DNA of 51,375 nt, the filler included, from Catajapyx aquilonaris (Eukaryota): NCBI GenBank assembly GCA_000934665.2. It is 2 parts of 2 records of this genome, joined end to end, with 100 filler letters (N's around TTAATTAATTAA, not from the genome) between each part and the next. Parts side by side here need not be neighbours in the genome. Positions count along the whole stretch, not along the records: positions 25,734 to 51,375 come from JYFJ02005327.1; 1 more part is not named here. One strand, 5' to 3'. Below the pieces are notes generated by a model that ran no database searches, was not told where the DNA came from, and was given only the letters and a program-made list of their open reading frames with translations. The stretch's first letter is position 1. The number at the start of each line of letters is the position of its first letter. Below are positions 25,734 through 39,609 of this stretch, in pieces. A program made the translations under genes and the position numbers.

Positions 25734-27687
25734 TGTCGCGCGACAAATATGCCGCACTGCAAGAACTGGCCAGCCAGAATTTGTCGCGCGTTGAATATGA
25801 CGCAGCCAATAGGGAGTCGTGGTGTCGGTCACGTGACTGCGTGTCTTTTGTTTCCCAGACTTGTCGCTAGTCGTCAGTCGTGTCGCAGCTCTTTTTGTGT
25901 TTGCACACGCGGCAAACCGAGGCGATGCGACAAATATGCCGCAACGCGCGCTGTTTGCCGCGCGATTTTTTTTTTGTGAAATGGCCTTTAGTTTTCCCTA
26001 GTTATTATTCACACAGAGGAATTGGGGGAATGTAAATTGTGAGTGAAAGGAAGTTTAGAAAAAATCCAATGAAAATAAAATAATGGTGGAAAGCATGATA
26101 TGAAGATATATTGCTGCACGAGAGGTTGGCAGAGAAGTGGGCATAAGCTGCTGGACTAGGTTAATCATCTCACTTGTTGCTAGGCTCTCAGGTAGCTCTA
26201 CGGCAGCAAATCTGCCTTTCTCCATCATTCTTTCCAACATTATTTTGTCCTGTTGGGTTTGGCTCCTCTTATTCCTTCCACTCATTACAACTCTCCCAGG
26301 GCGAGAGTATCCATTATTTTCCTTCTGTCGCAGCATCATCCCAACTGTGTGTGTTATTAATTCCAACTGTGGCAGCAGTATTATCATGGAAAAATCCACA
26401 TTCAAGGAAAACGAAAAGCTTGGCTTGTAGCTACATCGATGTTGAACACTTTTTTGGCTTTTCAAGGCGGGAATAGGGAATGGGTAAATAGTCTCTCTAA
26501 GATAATGCACTGTGTGAATGAAGCAAGTATAACTTCATTCTAATATTTTGTTAAGCAAGGGATATACTGTATCTAGACGTGACGGCCTCAAAATGCCTCA
26601 CTATCCCAGTTTGACACATATTATGGTTATCTACCAGTTTGCCTTATTCAGACGAATAATGACCAGAATGTTCAGTTCTATTAGGTTAGCACAAATTAAA
26701 TGACAGTAAAAGCAAAACCCATAAGTAACAGCGATATGGAACGTCTCCTAATCAAGTCACCGTGACGCGATTAGTAACTCAAATAGACACCTTTCAAATC
26801 GCCGTGATTAATCGGCTTTTCTTTTCCTGTCTTTTAATTTATACCGAGCGGGTGGCACTGAACATTCTGAGCCGCATTATTCGCACGAATACGACATAAT
26901 GATCCATAACCATGCGTCAAACTGGGCCAGCCGTTATTACACATGCCTTATCATTTGGGCAAATCACTGCTTATCAAATAGATATTTAGATACCGCGGCA
27001 GTAATTTTTACCACAAAATGAAAGAGGCCTTTTCTACTCAGTATGATATCCCGATAGTATCAAATGTTGCTGACACCCTGTATAAGTGTACCATCAAGCA
27101 TGGGCAAAAAACTATACACTGCGAAAACATGGTCGCCCTTCAAGTATCCGTTCTGATGTTACCGAGTCATCTAGCAGGTCCTGTATACCAAACAACAGCA
27201 TGTTCTCCGATAATATCGTGTAGCTGCAGTCCTTGAGCTTGAAAGTACCAACTCAAGCCTAAAGCTGATTGGAAAAGCTGTAATATTATCGTACTGGAGC
27301 ACACATTCGTTGAGTAGGCATTACAGTACAGTAAAAGCAATACTCTAGCCCGGGTCAGCGAAGAGCTTTTCCATTCCTGAAATTAGGACGAGGAGCTGTT
27401 TATCTCTTTGCTCAAAGTTTTCGCCATCCTATTGTACGTATTCAGTCCTGTTCGATTTTCGCACAACAATAGAGCTTATTTGTGCTACAGCTCCGACAAC
27501 AGGGCTGACCGCCAGAGGCAGACTCTCATGAGATGGGATAGCAGCCAACTAACTACTGAGTTACAAGCCAGAGGGTTTATCACTAGACTTACCTATCACT
27601 AGGTCCTTGTTATGAACAGATGTTACCTCCTCGACAGAAACATAACGCGTGTTATTCATCAAGTATAAACTACAGAGAACATTTTAA

Positions 27688-28589
27688 CCCTTTGATGACG
27701 GAGTTTTTTTTCCCCCTTTTTCGGAAATTTTATGACCTCGCCGATTTTCTTCAAATTCGGTGCATTGGTAGCCCACACCAAGGGATAAAAAACGCACCTG
27801 AAAAGGCACCTGATAAAAATGACCTCGTGACCAAATTTTGAAGGGGGGTCAAATCATAAAATTTCGACCTCGCCGATTTTCTTGAAATTCGGTGCATTGG
27901 TAGCCCACCCCAAGGGATGAAAAACGCACCTATAGTTACTTGATCAAAATGACCTCGTGACCCAATTCTGATGAGGGCAGAGGTCAAATTCCAACCTCAC
28001 CGATTTTCTTGAAATTCGGGGGTTATACACACTTGCATTTTTTGCGTACACGTACTACCCGCCTTAGTAAATCACAAGGGAGACTTTGCAAGTGCCAGTC
28101 ACAAATTTTCTTGAAATTCGGCGCATTTACATAGGCTCCCTCCAATATGGGTCACAGGGTCATGTCGAGCAGGGAACTATAGGTGGGTTTGTCATCCCTT
28201 GGTGTGGGCTACTAATGCACCGAATTTGAAGATAATCGGCGAGGTCGGAATTTTATTATTTGACCTCTGCCCCACTCAAAATTGGGTCACAGGATCACTT
28301 TTATCAGGTCACTATAGGTGCGTTTTTCATCCCTTGGGGTGGGCTACCAATGCACCGAATTTCAAGAAAATCGGTGAGGTCGAAATTTGACCTCTGCCCC
28401 CCTCCAATATGGGTCACAGGGTCATTTCGAGCAGGGAACTATATGTGCATTTGTCATACCTTGGTGTGGGCTACCAATAGACCGAATTTGAAGAAAATCG
28501 GTGAGGTTGAAATTTTTTGCGTTGAAAAATGACCCAAGTTGGCAGGGCAAATCGCCGGACATCATATGATGGACGTAGGCAGCAAAGGG
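27688..28589. mobile_element. piggyBac-type non-autonomous element with internal inverted arrays of ~125-bp repeats
   Basis: TTAA|CCCTTTGATGAC ... GGCAGCAAAGGG|TTAA. Internal tandem units contain CCGATTTTCTTGAAATTCGGTGCATTGGTAGCCC in forward orientation in the left half and reversed in the right half. Confidence 0.8.
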
Positions 28590-31406
28590 TTAATGTAGAG
28601 TGGATATGTACAAAAATCATTGCCTATCTGCTTCAGACAGCACACAGTATAATGAAGAACTGCTGTCACAATTTCCAGCTCATTTGCCCCATGGTAAAGT
28701 GCGTCATACATGACCCTTTACTGCGAAGCAGAATTAGAGCTGACTGTAAGTGATTACGCGTACGACAAAAATATCTATAGATGCTATACATTTTGCGTGG
28801 TATAGGAAACCGGCAGAAGTAGGTTAAATCTGTACTATACGACTGGACAACTGTTCGTATCTAATGACAGCAGCGCTCTAATAGGACCTCCTCTTATAAT
28901 TCGACTCCAATACCTTAGAAAGCTGTATTTTGCCCTTAAGAGCACCTCATTAGTTATATAAACCATCTATACCGCACTCTATAGATTCCACACATATATA
29001 ACATATAAGCCGGTCTGAAAGTGTCACTGCAATCGACATGATGCCAGGTGAACTTATTTCATATATAGGGCTGTAAGGCTACATGAAAGGTTCTTTTCAT
29101 TTCAGAAGGTAAGCCTGGGTCGAGCTGTGCTACAGTACTAATACCGCACGAGGAAGCGGTTTAATGTTTCTACCAAGAGTATATCAAAAGCGCTGTAAAA
29201 GTAGATCATGCAATCCGGAGCTCAGAATCACATGGAGCGTGCCTTGTATATCTAGAATGCAAAGAGCATACCTTGACGTAGAGGGGGGTCCGCCAATGAA
29301 TCCTAATCCTCTCTTTGGCAGCACTCTGTGGGAGGTCAACCGCGAGCTGTGATCTCTTCTTCTTCATCCATCCTGATCTCTCTGGCCGCACACAGCGCTG
29401 CTTAGTTTACTCGGAAGAAAAGAGTTTCCAACACAGCAGAACTCACAACTGTAGATTTTCCCAACTATACCCCTTTCTAAGAGGGCAAATCTCTTGGAGG
29501 ATTATGGCCTCGTGGGAAACTGGCCAACTAGGACTACAATTAGTGGTTTTGACCAACCATACAAAATAGAGAACATTCCAAAAGCCTTCGTCAATAAAAT
29601 TTATCGATTTACATTTGTTTTTGCAGAAATGATGAGTGTGGCAGAAAATTAACTCATAGCATGTGTATATGTTGTAAAAATCATGATCCATAATAGTCGC
29701 CCAGAAAATGTTCAGGTTGGCTCGATTGCAAAACCATCAGCGCCTCTCTAGCTTCATTAGATCACGACCTGATTGGTTAATGGGAGGGGAAATATATTGA
29801 CTGATACTCGCTTCTACGGCGTCCAGGATTTTTAGAGCGAACTTTCCTGCGGTAGAGTATTTCCAATTGCATTGCGCCTGCTTCTGGTGAGCAGTTTTTT
29901 TGGATTAAGCTCCTTTATTTTTAATTAGTTACTTTGGAACGGATACTTTTGGGGGCTGTCATAATGTTAGCTTATAACCTTAGGTAGAATGGGTGCATCT
30001 GTGGAATTAAATAAGTACCTTTGCCTTACATACCATGTCCCATGTGCTTCATTATTTAGCTCACATCCACATTGGTAGAATATATTCCCCTGACACTCTC
30101 CTCAGATGCTCTAACACCTCAGCGTTTTGACATAGGCCTATCTCTGCATGTATCCACTTGTATACATACACCATTGAAAAGCTCACTTATCGAGCTTTCC
30201 GATGGTGTACGTAACATTGCAAGTGTACCTAACTCACTGCGAACTTGCAGGTGAGGCGACTGGATGTGAACGCCAGAAATTTTTATCGATATAGATGTGA
30301 GATAAATTATGAAACACACGGTAGGTACCAAAGGTAGTACTGTACTAATTTATATTTTATGTAACTAACCCACATACGGTGGTATAGACGTTATTTATTG
30401 CATTAAAATACATTTTTCCCCACAGCTGCTGCTGTAACACATTGATGATATTTTATTGATTTGGTTTATTACTGTTGTTGACTGATTGTATTCAATGTTC
30501 CCCCGTGCATAATTGTAAAGTATGTCAGTGCTAGTGCCCTGCTTTTTAGCGATACGTGCGGGTTTATTTTTACCCTGTCTTCTGCTGCAATTTAACCTCA
30601 TCATTCCAGAGTGAGATTTGCGCTGGATTTTTAAGCGCGATGCAATACAATACAATAGTAACTGCTAACATTACTGTAAATCGAATGAATAAATCTTACA
30701 AGCCAACTAGTACCTGCATTGCACACTACATTATAGAGTAGCCTATATCCAACAACTATCACATACCACAGACGACCAATTTATAAAATTTCACAAGTAG
30801 TGCATAAAGGGAGGGCTCGAATATAATTGTACGTAATGCAATCGCAGAAGAGTTTTAATATAATCAAACACAACAGCCACCCATGCAAGTGGGATAATTG
30901 CATAAAATATAATTATGTGCCATATATGTACCAAAATATATGGTTACATACCGGTATTTATTCACTCATTGGACCTAACATTAGCTGTCACTGGGTTATA
31001 TTCACTAAACCACTGTTTATTAAGCAGCTATTTTGGGTTACTTTTATGAAATATAACTTAAATACATTAGATCCTGTCATATTAGGTTGAGTATAAGCAT
31101 TCTTTCACACTTGAATTGGAATGAATGTTATTGTGGCACTTACTTTCCAATGCAAGAGATCTATTTTAATCAATTTAACGGTCGATCCCATTAATAATAA
31201 TTGCAGGTTAGAAAAATAATGCCGCTGTGCTTTTTAAAAATATGCCTATTACTATACTACTATTAGCAGCTAATATTTTTGTTTACAACTGCAGGAAACT
31301 TTTCAAAAGTAACTGCTGAATTAACTTATATTCAGTTAAGTTGGAACAATCACTTATTAAAACTTAACATTAACATGTGGTATACAAGGTATAGGCTGAC
31401 AGAGAG

Positions 31407-31556
31407 GGAGGCAGTAACGCTCGCGCCTAAGCAAGGGTAGATAATGTCCCGGGTTCGATCCCAAGACCGGGTTTAGCCTTTTCATCTCTTTCGTTTCGGA
31501 GTTCAAGAGTCTCTCTGGCTGGGATTTCTGCTAGACTAACCACCCGGGGACCGAGC
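31407..31556 (+). mobile_element. Degenerate tRNA-derived SINE fragment (family of 32242-32575)
   Basis: GTAACGCTCGCGCCTA...GTCCCGGGTTCGATCCCAA...AGACTAACCACC is shared with the full copy. Confidence 0.6.
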
Positions 31557-31838
31557 TAACTAAAAGATTCCATTGCATGTAACATTATTACAAACTGGCA
31601 TTACTTTAATGTCAAGTCAGATCTGATGCTCATTTTGCTCATTAATCTATGTCCTAAAACTTTCGTACGAGCTAGAATTTCCAACCCCGGGTTACTGACA
31701 ACCAAACTATAACTCTTTTTACTCCCCTGAATTTTGAAATTATTTGCCTTTTCTAATTCTGCTTGGCCTAAAGTGTTGTGCAAACATCACCTCGGCTGCT
31801 AATTTTCAAGTTAGCAGGGTCAAAATACAAGCGGAAAG

Positions 31839-32105
31839 GCGATTTTCCGAAGCCACAACACTAGCAGCAGGTCACGGGTCACGGGTCGCAGGTCTGCGCT
31901 CCCCCGTCCCCTGTCGCCGCAACTGTAGCCCGCTCTCGGGTGGCGCGAACGAAAAGAATATCACCTCACACGCTTTGAAATCAATTTTATGTAGCAATAA
32001 ATTCATGAATCAAGTCTAATCAATCATTTACATATCACTGATATCTGTCGCGGCGACCCGCGACCAGTACCCGGCTGCTATACTGTTGTGGCTTCGGAAT
32101 ATCGC
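31839..32105. mobile_element. MITE with ~50-bp TIRs
   Basis: GCGATTTTCCGAAGCCACAACACTAGCAGCAGG ... CCGGCTGCTATACTGTTGTGGCTTCGGAATATCGC. Confidence 0.7.
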
Positions 32106-32241
32106 ACAACACTATAGGGTATAATATGCCAAGCAGAATTCGAAAGGGCAAAGATTTTCAAAATTCAGGGGAATAAAAAGAGTTAGTTTGGATGTGAGGT
32201 GTGGGGAACTGCAACTAGCGGGTTTAGAGCATTGCACATCT

Positions 32242-32575
32242 AGGGGAGGCGAAGTGGCGCAACGGTAACGTTCGCGCCTACGGATGTTAAGGTCCCGGGT
32301 TCGATCCCAACCCGGGGAAACCCCCTTCATCTCGTGCAGAGTAAAGTGTCGTCTCGGGTGGAATATCCACAGACTAATCCACCCAGGGGAGCTCACAAAA
32401 CGACCACATGCGGACAAGGCACTGCACTTGCACATCTCCTCCTGTCATCCCTTCCTGCCCGTGGGCCCGGGCGCTATATAAATAGGATCCAATTGTATTC
32501 TGACGATTAATAAAGGTCCGGCAAGACCCCAATAGGGGTACGCCTATACAAAAACGAACAAACAAACAAACGAAC
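32242..32575 (+). mobile_element. Full-length tRNA-derived SINE with (AAAC)n tail and 15-bp TSD
   Basis: A box TGGCGCAACGG, B box GGTTCGATCCC, anticodon-loop-like CTACGGA (tRNA-Arg ACG-like) and tail AAACGAACAAACAAACAAACGAAC. The exact TSD GAGCATTGCACATCT lies at 32227-32241 and 32576-32590. Confidence 0.9.
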
Positions 32576-35500
32576 GAGCATTGCACATCTGCAATTTTCC
32601 AGATTTCAAATGACCAAAGTGTAAAATAAGTTTTATAGTACTAGCCTATATCGTAATATGCTAACGCATTCACATGCCTTATGATATATACAGTATGAAT
32701 GGTGCAACAGTTCCAAAGAATTTTAATCGGCGTGGAGTTTATGTATGGTGGTAGCTCTAAAAAAAAGTGGCCAGCTTTATCTGTTGAGGACATTGTCACA
32801 AATAATTTGACGACCAAACGGTACTTACCTCTGGATGGCTGTAATAGTGTATTATCTAAGGCCTTTGATTTGGAAAGTATCTCCGAGTATATGTTTTAGT
32901 CGTTCTGATGAGCGATTGGTGGACCTCGTTAACAACAATCATGGAAACAGCTTCTAACAGAGTACGAAACATAGATGACGTTGTTATTGAAAGTAGGAAA
33001 ACACTCAAGCGGTTATTTTCCTATAATCATGCTGCGATCGAGTTTATTGTAGAGTAGAAAGAGCATGAGTAAAAATTTAGTAAATAATTTATCTACTTGC
33101 AAAAATCTATGTCGAAAAATGATAGACTACTTGGCTTTTTCGGCAAAGACTTTTGGAGCACTTTGATACACAAACTGAATAAAACTGCACAACATCTCAG
33201 TGCTTCATTTCCATAGAATAGTCATGGATAACCTCATCAATTTTAAAATAATTATTGGCGGAATATTTTCAGGCTGCATATTCAAAAAAGACACTTATTG
33301 AATTTTATTATAGTGAAACAAAATTGATTTGAATATTACTAACGAGGGGACTAGAGTGCACAGTTAAAAGGAGTGCACACATGTGAGGCATATTTTCAGG
33401 TATTAAAATATGAATTAATATATTATCTAGTTTTATTACAACTCAAAGACAATGTTTGTGACCAGTGATTTCGCACCCACGGAGACAGTTCATTGTGTAG
33501 AAATAACTGGCAAGACAGTATAGGCTGCACGTATGATAATAATGTACTGCTGTACTTTGTTATCACTGAACACACGGTACAAGGGTTGCGTTAAATGAAA
33601 TGTATACTTCTATATTTAGAGGATTACAATGGTAATTAACATACGTTGGGTTCTATGGCGAGAAAAAAGCTATATCACATCTCACAGGTCAAAATCTACA
33701 CTAAATAGACTTTACAGGAGGTTTCTAAAACGAACATTATTCATGCTGTCAAGAGTGTCAAAACCTTGAACAAATAATTTTTTTTCAATCATCCGACTTC
33801 TACCCTCTTTCCCGCAATCAATAAGAGGCCATTTTGGGTCAATATTGCCCTTTGGACAACTCTCACCAACCTGCTCTGTACACGCTGTCCTTGGCTCAAA
33901 CTTGGCAGTCCATTTCAGTGAAAGTTTTATGTACAATATTCACAAAATTCGCGACCGTTCCCAGCACAGCATTTGCACCTGTTAACTTTACAACCAAAGT
34001 TTGTACCATCGGTTTCACTCTATAGAAATGAAAAGAGAACGAGATCAAAAAAGCAAGAGAAAAAAACCCCATCCGATTCCCTTTTTGTTTAAATAAAACT
34101 TCCTCGCCGTGAAATAACACGGAACAAATTCAAAAAGTTTGGCAACTAAAAGCAACTCTGCCCGATAAAGAAACGGAATCACTTCCCCGGTCAATTCATG
34201 GCCTAGTAAGCATTCTCGTAACTTCGACTTACGACTTGCATTACGACTGTTCCGTTCCCCTTTTCAATACTACTGTGCAGGGCGAAAGGAAAGTGTGTTT
34301 ATGCCTGTCTCGTAGCAGCTGGGTAGGGTAGGGGTTAGGGTTGGGCATCAGGCCACATTTTGCAACTTTATACAGTCGTGCAAACGGAAACCAGAAGGAC
34401 TTACGAAAAAATATATGTAACGTTCAGGTACTGTGCCTACAGCTTCCCAAGAACTTGGATTTGGGTCACTTTTTGATGGCAAAAAATAACTCCAGCGCCA
34501 CAAATCTTTGATTTCAACTTTTTCACCGTACAGCTTCCCCCCCGGGGGTGAGTGCGATCAAAGGAATGTGGGAAAACCCTCGGAGTGACACTGCTTTTGA
34601 ACTGCCTGTACGATCCCTGACATGACGGATTATGCAGCCTCGCTTTCCCTCACATCATCATCCTTCCTCCAAATCGCTTGTGAAATGCTGTCGATGTGCG
34701 ATTTATTGCCACCAGTCGAATATATCGTGTGGCCAGGAGGCCAAACCACAGAAAATATTTCATTTTGAAATTTACCATCGCGCGGTAATCCCACTGCGGT
34801 GCTTTTTAACGCAACGCATCGAAATTCGCTCGGTGTCAAAGTGAGCCCTAGTCGTTATGTGGTTATAGATCTGGGCTGGCTCGAAATCTACTTGTCAATT
34901 CAAATTTCATGTGCCTGCATGTCTCGGTGAATAATCGAAACGTACGGGTAATTACGGGTGAAGTTTCTTCCCATGCAATCAGTTTGTATTAATTTAAATG
35001 CATTTTATTGGTCGAAAAAACGAGCCCAAATGCTCTAGGCATTTCCAAATTTTATGTAGCACAAACTTGAGGGCTATGCTGGAGGTAGACTAAATTGATA
35101 GTGAGGTTTTAAAAGCAGGTCTTTCGCCTTCATACCGCAGACTCATGCCTACTGCTCGACATCTAAAGTGCTCTACATCTCCGGCTGAAGCTCTAACGAC
35201 AAGCTGTATAGCGACAAGTTTCACCCTATTTTAGTACTACCTATCGATGGAGACTGGCCTTTTGTAAACCGTAATCGAATAAAATGAGTGAGCCTTGGAG
35301 TCTACGTTGGGTATAAAAATAATTTTATGTTCGGAGTATTCGTGAGGTCGGGAAGATTGTGCGTTTTAGTGCGCCAAACCAGGCGCACGATCACCCCTCA
35401 AGACCCGTAACGGCTATGACGTACTTCATCATCTCTAGGGATGAGCTCCACCCAGGAAACACCGCCAGAGGGTTTATGATATACTCGGCAAGCCAGGTCC

Positions 35501-38500
35501 CAGCATGCACCTCTCCAGGCAGCGTTGCCATTTACAGGCGAGGTTGTCGCACATCCAACAAATTGACCTGAACTTTTCCCTACGATATTTAAACTCGTGT
35601 TATTTCCGACCGCCCAGTGTTTAAAACTCAGTTTATCCCGCTAGCCCTTCTAGAGCCGCATGATGAATCAGGCACCGACACAAGAATTTCGTTACTCCCA
35701 CAGTGGGCACATTCCACAACACTCCAATCGGCTGATTTCATGCCAGCAAAACACATATTGCATGTCTGCATCGGAAAGAGCTTTCGTGTAGCTTATTTTT
35801 CTGAAGTGATGTTGCCGGGAGTCCGCACGCAATCCGCAGTTTTCTAATCAAAGGGTAAGAGAAATCGGCACTAGTCTGAATCCGTCTTGATTTGATGCAC
35901 AGCACAATATTTTTGACATTCTCCCTGCGGAAACAGGCCTGCACACTTCTCTTGGGGGTCGTATTTTTCTCGATGCCTTGCCACATACCTTTTCCAATAC
36001 CGGATTCCCAAAAAGTTGCCCGACCATAAATTCGAGTCTCTACGGAGGCCTATATTTTATAGAAAAACATGTTATCTACCCCCTTTTTACCAAGTTGGAC
36101 GTCATCTACACAGATTTCACTAAACAGGAAGACGAATGGATGTGAAATGGTGTTGGCACAGTACCTATTCCAAAATCATATCAATACAAAAATATATCAC
36201 ATGCAAACTTAAATAAATCTGGCGGTTAATTCTATTCCATCAGTAAGTTCTATGATCACTTTTATACTCTCCAACTCTTATCTTTCTTTGATGGTCCTAG
36301 ACGTCTTTTTTATATGCTCATGGACTATCACTGAAACGAAACTATGAATTTGAGATCAAGGAGAAAGTGGAGATTTGAAAATCATGTTTCTTTGTTGGTA
36401 GAGATGGTTCACCAGGGAATCGTGACCAATTGGACCCAGGCCTTGGTATTGATCATGCATCCAGCGATGTTGGGCTCCATCGCTTTCCTCTCAGGAAGTT
36501 CCCCCTCCCCATGTACATAAAAAGGTCACACCCTTTTTGCAAGTGCTCATTCCGTCACAGCGGGACACAAACACGCCGATAAGAAAAGGAGTACCACTTC
36601 TTTTTTTTTAGCCCGGTAAGTGACAGTAACGCACAGTTATAGACACTCTAGTTCCGGAGTCCCTTCTTCTAGAACGGAAAACTGTCGCGAACACTTGGTG
36701 GAGCCCCTTTTCTGGAACGTTATATACTTGATGCGGTCCTTGAAATTGAGGGAGAGAGAGAAAAAAAATACAGCCACCACTTTCTTTATCCCGGCGGTCC
36801 GTTCCGGAACACTCCGGACAAACAAACTTTCCAACTTTTTGCCCTTTCAAAAGAAACCCGTTTTCATCATTTTCCGTCTTTTCGAACCCCACCCCCTTTC
36901 CTGCTCCATTTTTTTTAGTTTTTTTTACGGATATACACAAGGTCAAATGAGCATAACAGTAGGCTATAACATATTTTTTTGTCCCGCACACGCTGGATTG
37001 ACACTGATTACAAATGTTTAATATGCGCGACGTTTATCACCAATTGTCACTCTTATGGGACTCGACATTGTGATGGACATTGTCCACCGTACATGTATAA
37101 ACATCCAACCCTGCCTAATTATTTTTTCCGTTACGAGATATGGCGTAATACGCTTTTAGCAACACTTTTTCACATTTTGCAGCTTTTTTTTTTTCAATGG
37201 ACGCAATTTTGCTCCGTAGTCTAGTTCTTCAGTAGACCCATCTTCTCACTGCCACTTCTGCCACCACCACCACCACCATCACGACAACCACCAAGGGGGG
37301 AAAAATGGGTCAGTACTTTACCATTTCCGTTCTTCGGGTGATGCTTCTCGTGTGCAGATATCCTCATGCCGTGCTTTTTCTCAGAAAGGGTCAGGTTGCT
37401 ACCTCTTGAGCGCAATCAGTAGTAGGAGGGCGAGCAGAAGACCTGATGGTTGAGAGATACATCCTTTGCCTAAATAAAAGTGAAATATTATCAATATTTA
37501 AATGATACCTTAGACTACCAACTGCTACCACATCAGTCTGACTCACGTGTTTGACTATACCAGTAGCATGCAATGTGTTCCAACTGAAGGATTTGTTTCG
37601 GTTAGCAATTTTTGGCTTCAATCAATTTATTTTTAAGCGGTTTTATGGGTAATATTAGGTAGTGTACAGTGATACTTAAGAGGCTGTTAATGACAATTAA
37701 TTTCCTTGGCTTACGACTTAATGAGTGAACCAGTTTGTCCCCTAAGTACTTAAGTTAATGGCGAAAGCAATTTTTGCAGGCTGATTTTCCAAGTGCTTTT
37801 CAAAAATACGTAGATTATATTCCTTCTAATATTAACAGCTAATCGTTTTGATGACTCCTGAAAGTTACTACTTCATTATAAACAGTTCAATGCGATAATG
37901 TCGCTAGCTGAAATGGGAACAGCAATTGGAACACACTGTACACAGATCCCACGCACGTAATAGCATTTCCGCATGACTTCTCAATGGTTTGCACACATCA
38001 CTTACGCTCCTGACGGCGCTTTATAATGCTCATTTCTGGTCGCTGGTTTCAGATTTTATGTTTGCCCTTTCCTTTTTACCACTATACTATTACATCCCCT
38101 TGCTCTATTAAAACACGTTTGCAAATGCCCACAAATCACTACATGTAGGAAAACTACTTGATCTCTCGCAAATCATAGTTTTTAACCTATATTTTAGCAC
38201 AGTAGGAACTTCCAACAAGCGTCGGTCTGACTCCTGTTCATCCCATATCATTTTCCAATGACGAGAATCACGGACAATTCCCACAAGTGTGGGCGAAAAC
38301 ATGAGCGCGAGTCCGCTTTAGAAGGCGACTAGTCCTCCTGGGGGCTTTTTGTTGGGGATTAAAATTCAATAATGCCTTTCTCGAGCATAATAATTTATGC
38401 GCCATCCCATTGAGTTATCGAGCCCATAACGCTAACAGCAAGCGGGCTAGACTGCATCTCTCCAAGAACTAAATTGCACTCGCTGCAACGTTACCTTGTG

Positions 38501-39232
38501 GGGAGAGGGCACCCCCTCCTGCAACCCTCCACCACAATTTTTTTTGGCCGGAAAATGAATTTTGCATCCGACGCGGGAATGACATGAATTCTATTTAATA
38601 GCTTCCAGGTGACGCATACATTCTAAAAGAGACGCTGATGAAAAGATATATCTGATGCTTGACGTGTTTTGGAGTGCCGGTCTATTCAAGGGTGGAAATT
38701 TGCAGTAGGCGTATTTCAAGGGGTCTTGTTCACAGGTGTGTTGGTTCAAAAGCCTTCGAATTTCCTGTTATTTCAGTCGCGAAAGGAAAGGAAGGAGGTT
38801 GCCAGGTGGGGAAGAAGTAGTAAATTGAAGGAATTCTCTTCAGGGAACGGACCTGTATCTAATCTCTTTTGCGCCATTCCTCAAGAGTCTGGCGGCACAG
38901 TTCCCTCTTTAGCGCCTGACGCACTCTGATGATTATAAAAGGGATTGCATTTCTTGCTGTGATACGGCACTACCAAATACTACAGGGCTTTTGTTGCCGC
39001 CAGTTCAAATGTGAAAGAGGTCTCGCACATAGGCACGCTCCATACAAATTACATATAGCTTTTCAGATAGCAAGACGAAACGTGCTATGGGAATATTGTC
39101 AACTGTATGTTGAGCAAACAACTGTTGTTAACAGTACTTGCATCAGTTGAATGATCCCTGTACATATTAAAGACGAACATTTTTCCATATGTGACGAATT
39201 TGCACTAACTTTTTAAGAAATTTTAATTTTAC

Positions 39233-39492
39233 AATGAAGACCTCGGGGGAAGAACGATCAAGGTCCACCTCAGGTGAAACTGAGCTATTCCAATTTTAAA
39301 TTTCGAAGAACCATAAATTTACATTGTAAATCCCACTATCGGGGCCTTCCATTGTGACCTATATGATCATTACTCCACAACCACGACCAAACCATCGTAT
39401 TCTACACTAGTGAAAGTATCTTCTGAGATAATTATGTAACTCATTTTTGACAAAAAGTGGACCTTGATCGTTCTTCCCCCGAGGTCTTCAAT
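39233..39492. mobile_element. MITE with ~36-bp TIRs, copy 1
   Basis: TGAAGACCTCGGGGGAAGAACGATCAAGGTCCAC ... GTGGACCTTGATCGTTCTTCCCCCGAGGTCTTCA. A reversed copy lies at 47573-47829. Confidence 0.8.
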
Positions 39493-39609
39493 TATTATCC
39501 CTACCAAAAGTCTTCTTGAACTTAGAACGATGGGTACCAAGTGGAATTTAAGATGCGCATCACACTTGCCCGGTGTTCCGCGAGTCTTAATTTCCACTGT
39601 CGCCGCGGG

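Noticed and set aside
26055..26510. 151-aa minus-strand ORF with a vague Tc1-HTH-like stretch
   Set aside because: No convincing motif, TIRs or splice partners were found.
27735..28510. Regularly recurring palindromic motif resembling a CRISPR array
   Set aside because: The sequence between the motifs is itself repeated, the array flips orientation midway, it lies inside a TTAA-flanked transposon, the context is eukaryotic, and there are no cas genes.
32246..32320. tRNA-Arg(ACG) gene
   Set aside because: The anticodon and acceptor stems do not pair properly. It is the head of a SINE with tail and TSD.
35659..35735. C/D box snoRNA candidate (ATGATGA ... CTGA)
   Set aside because: There is no proper terminal stem, no recognisable rRNA guide and no host gene.
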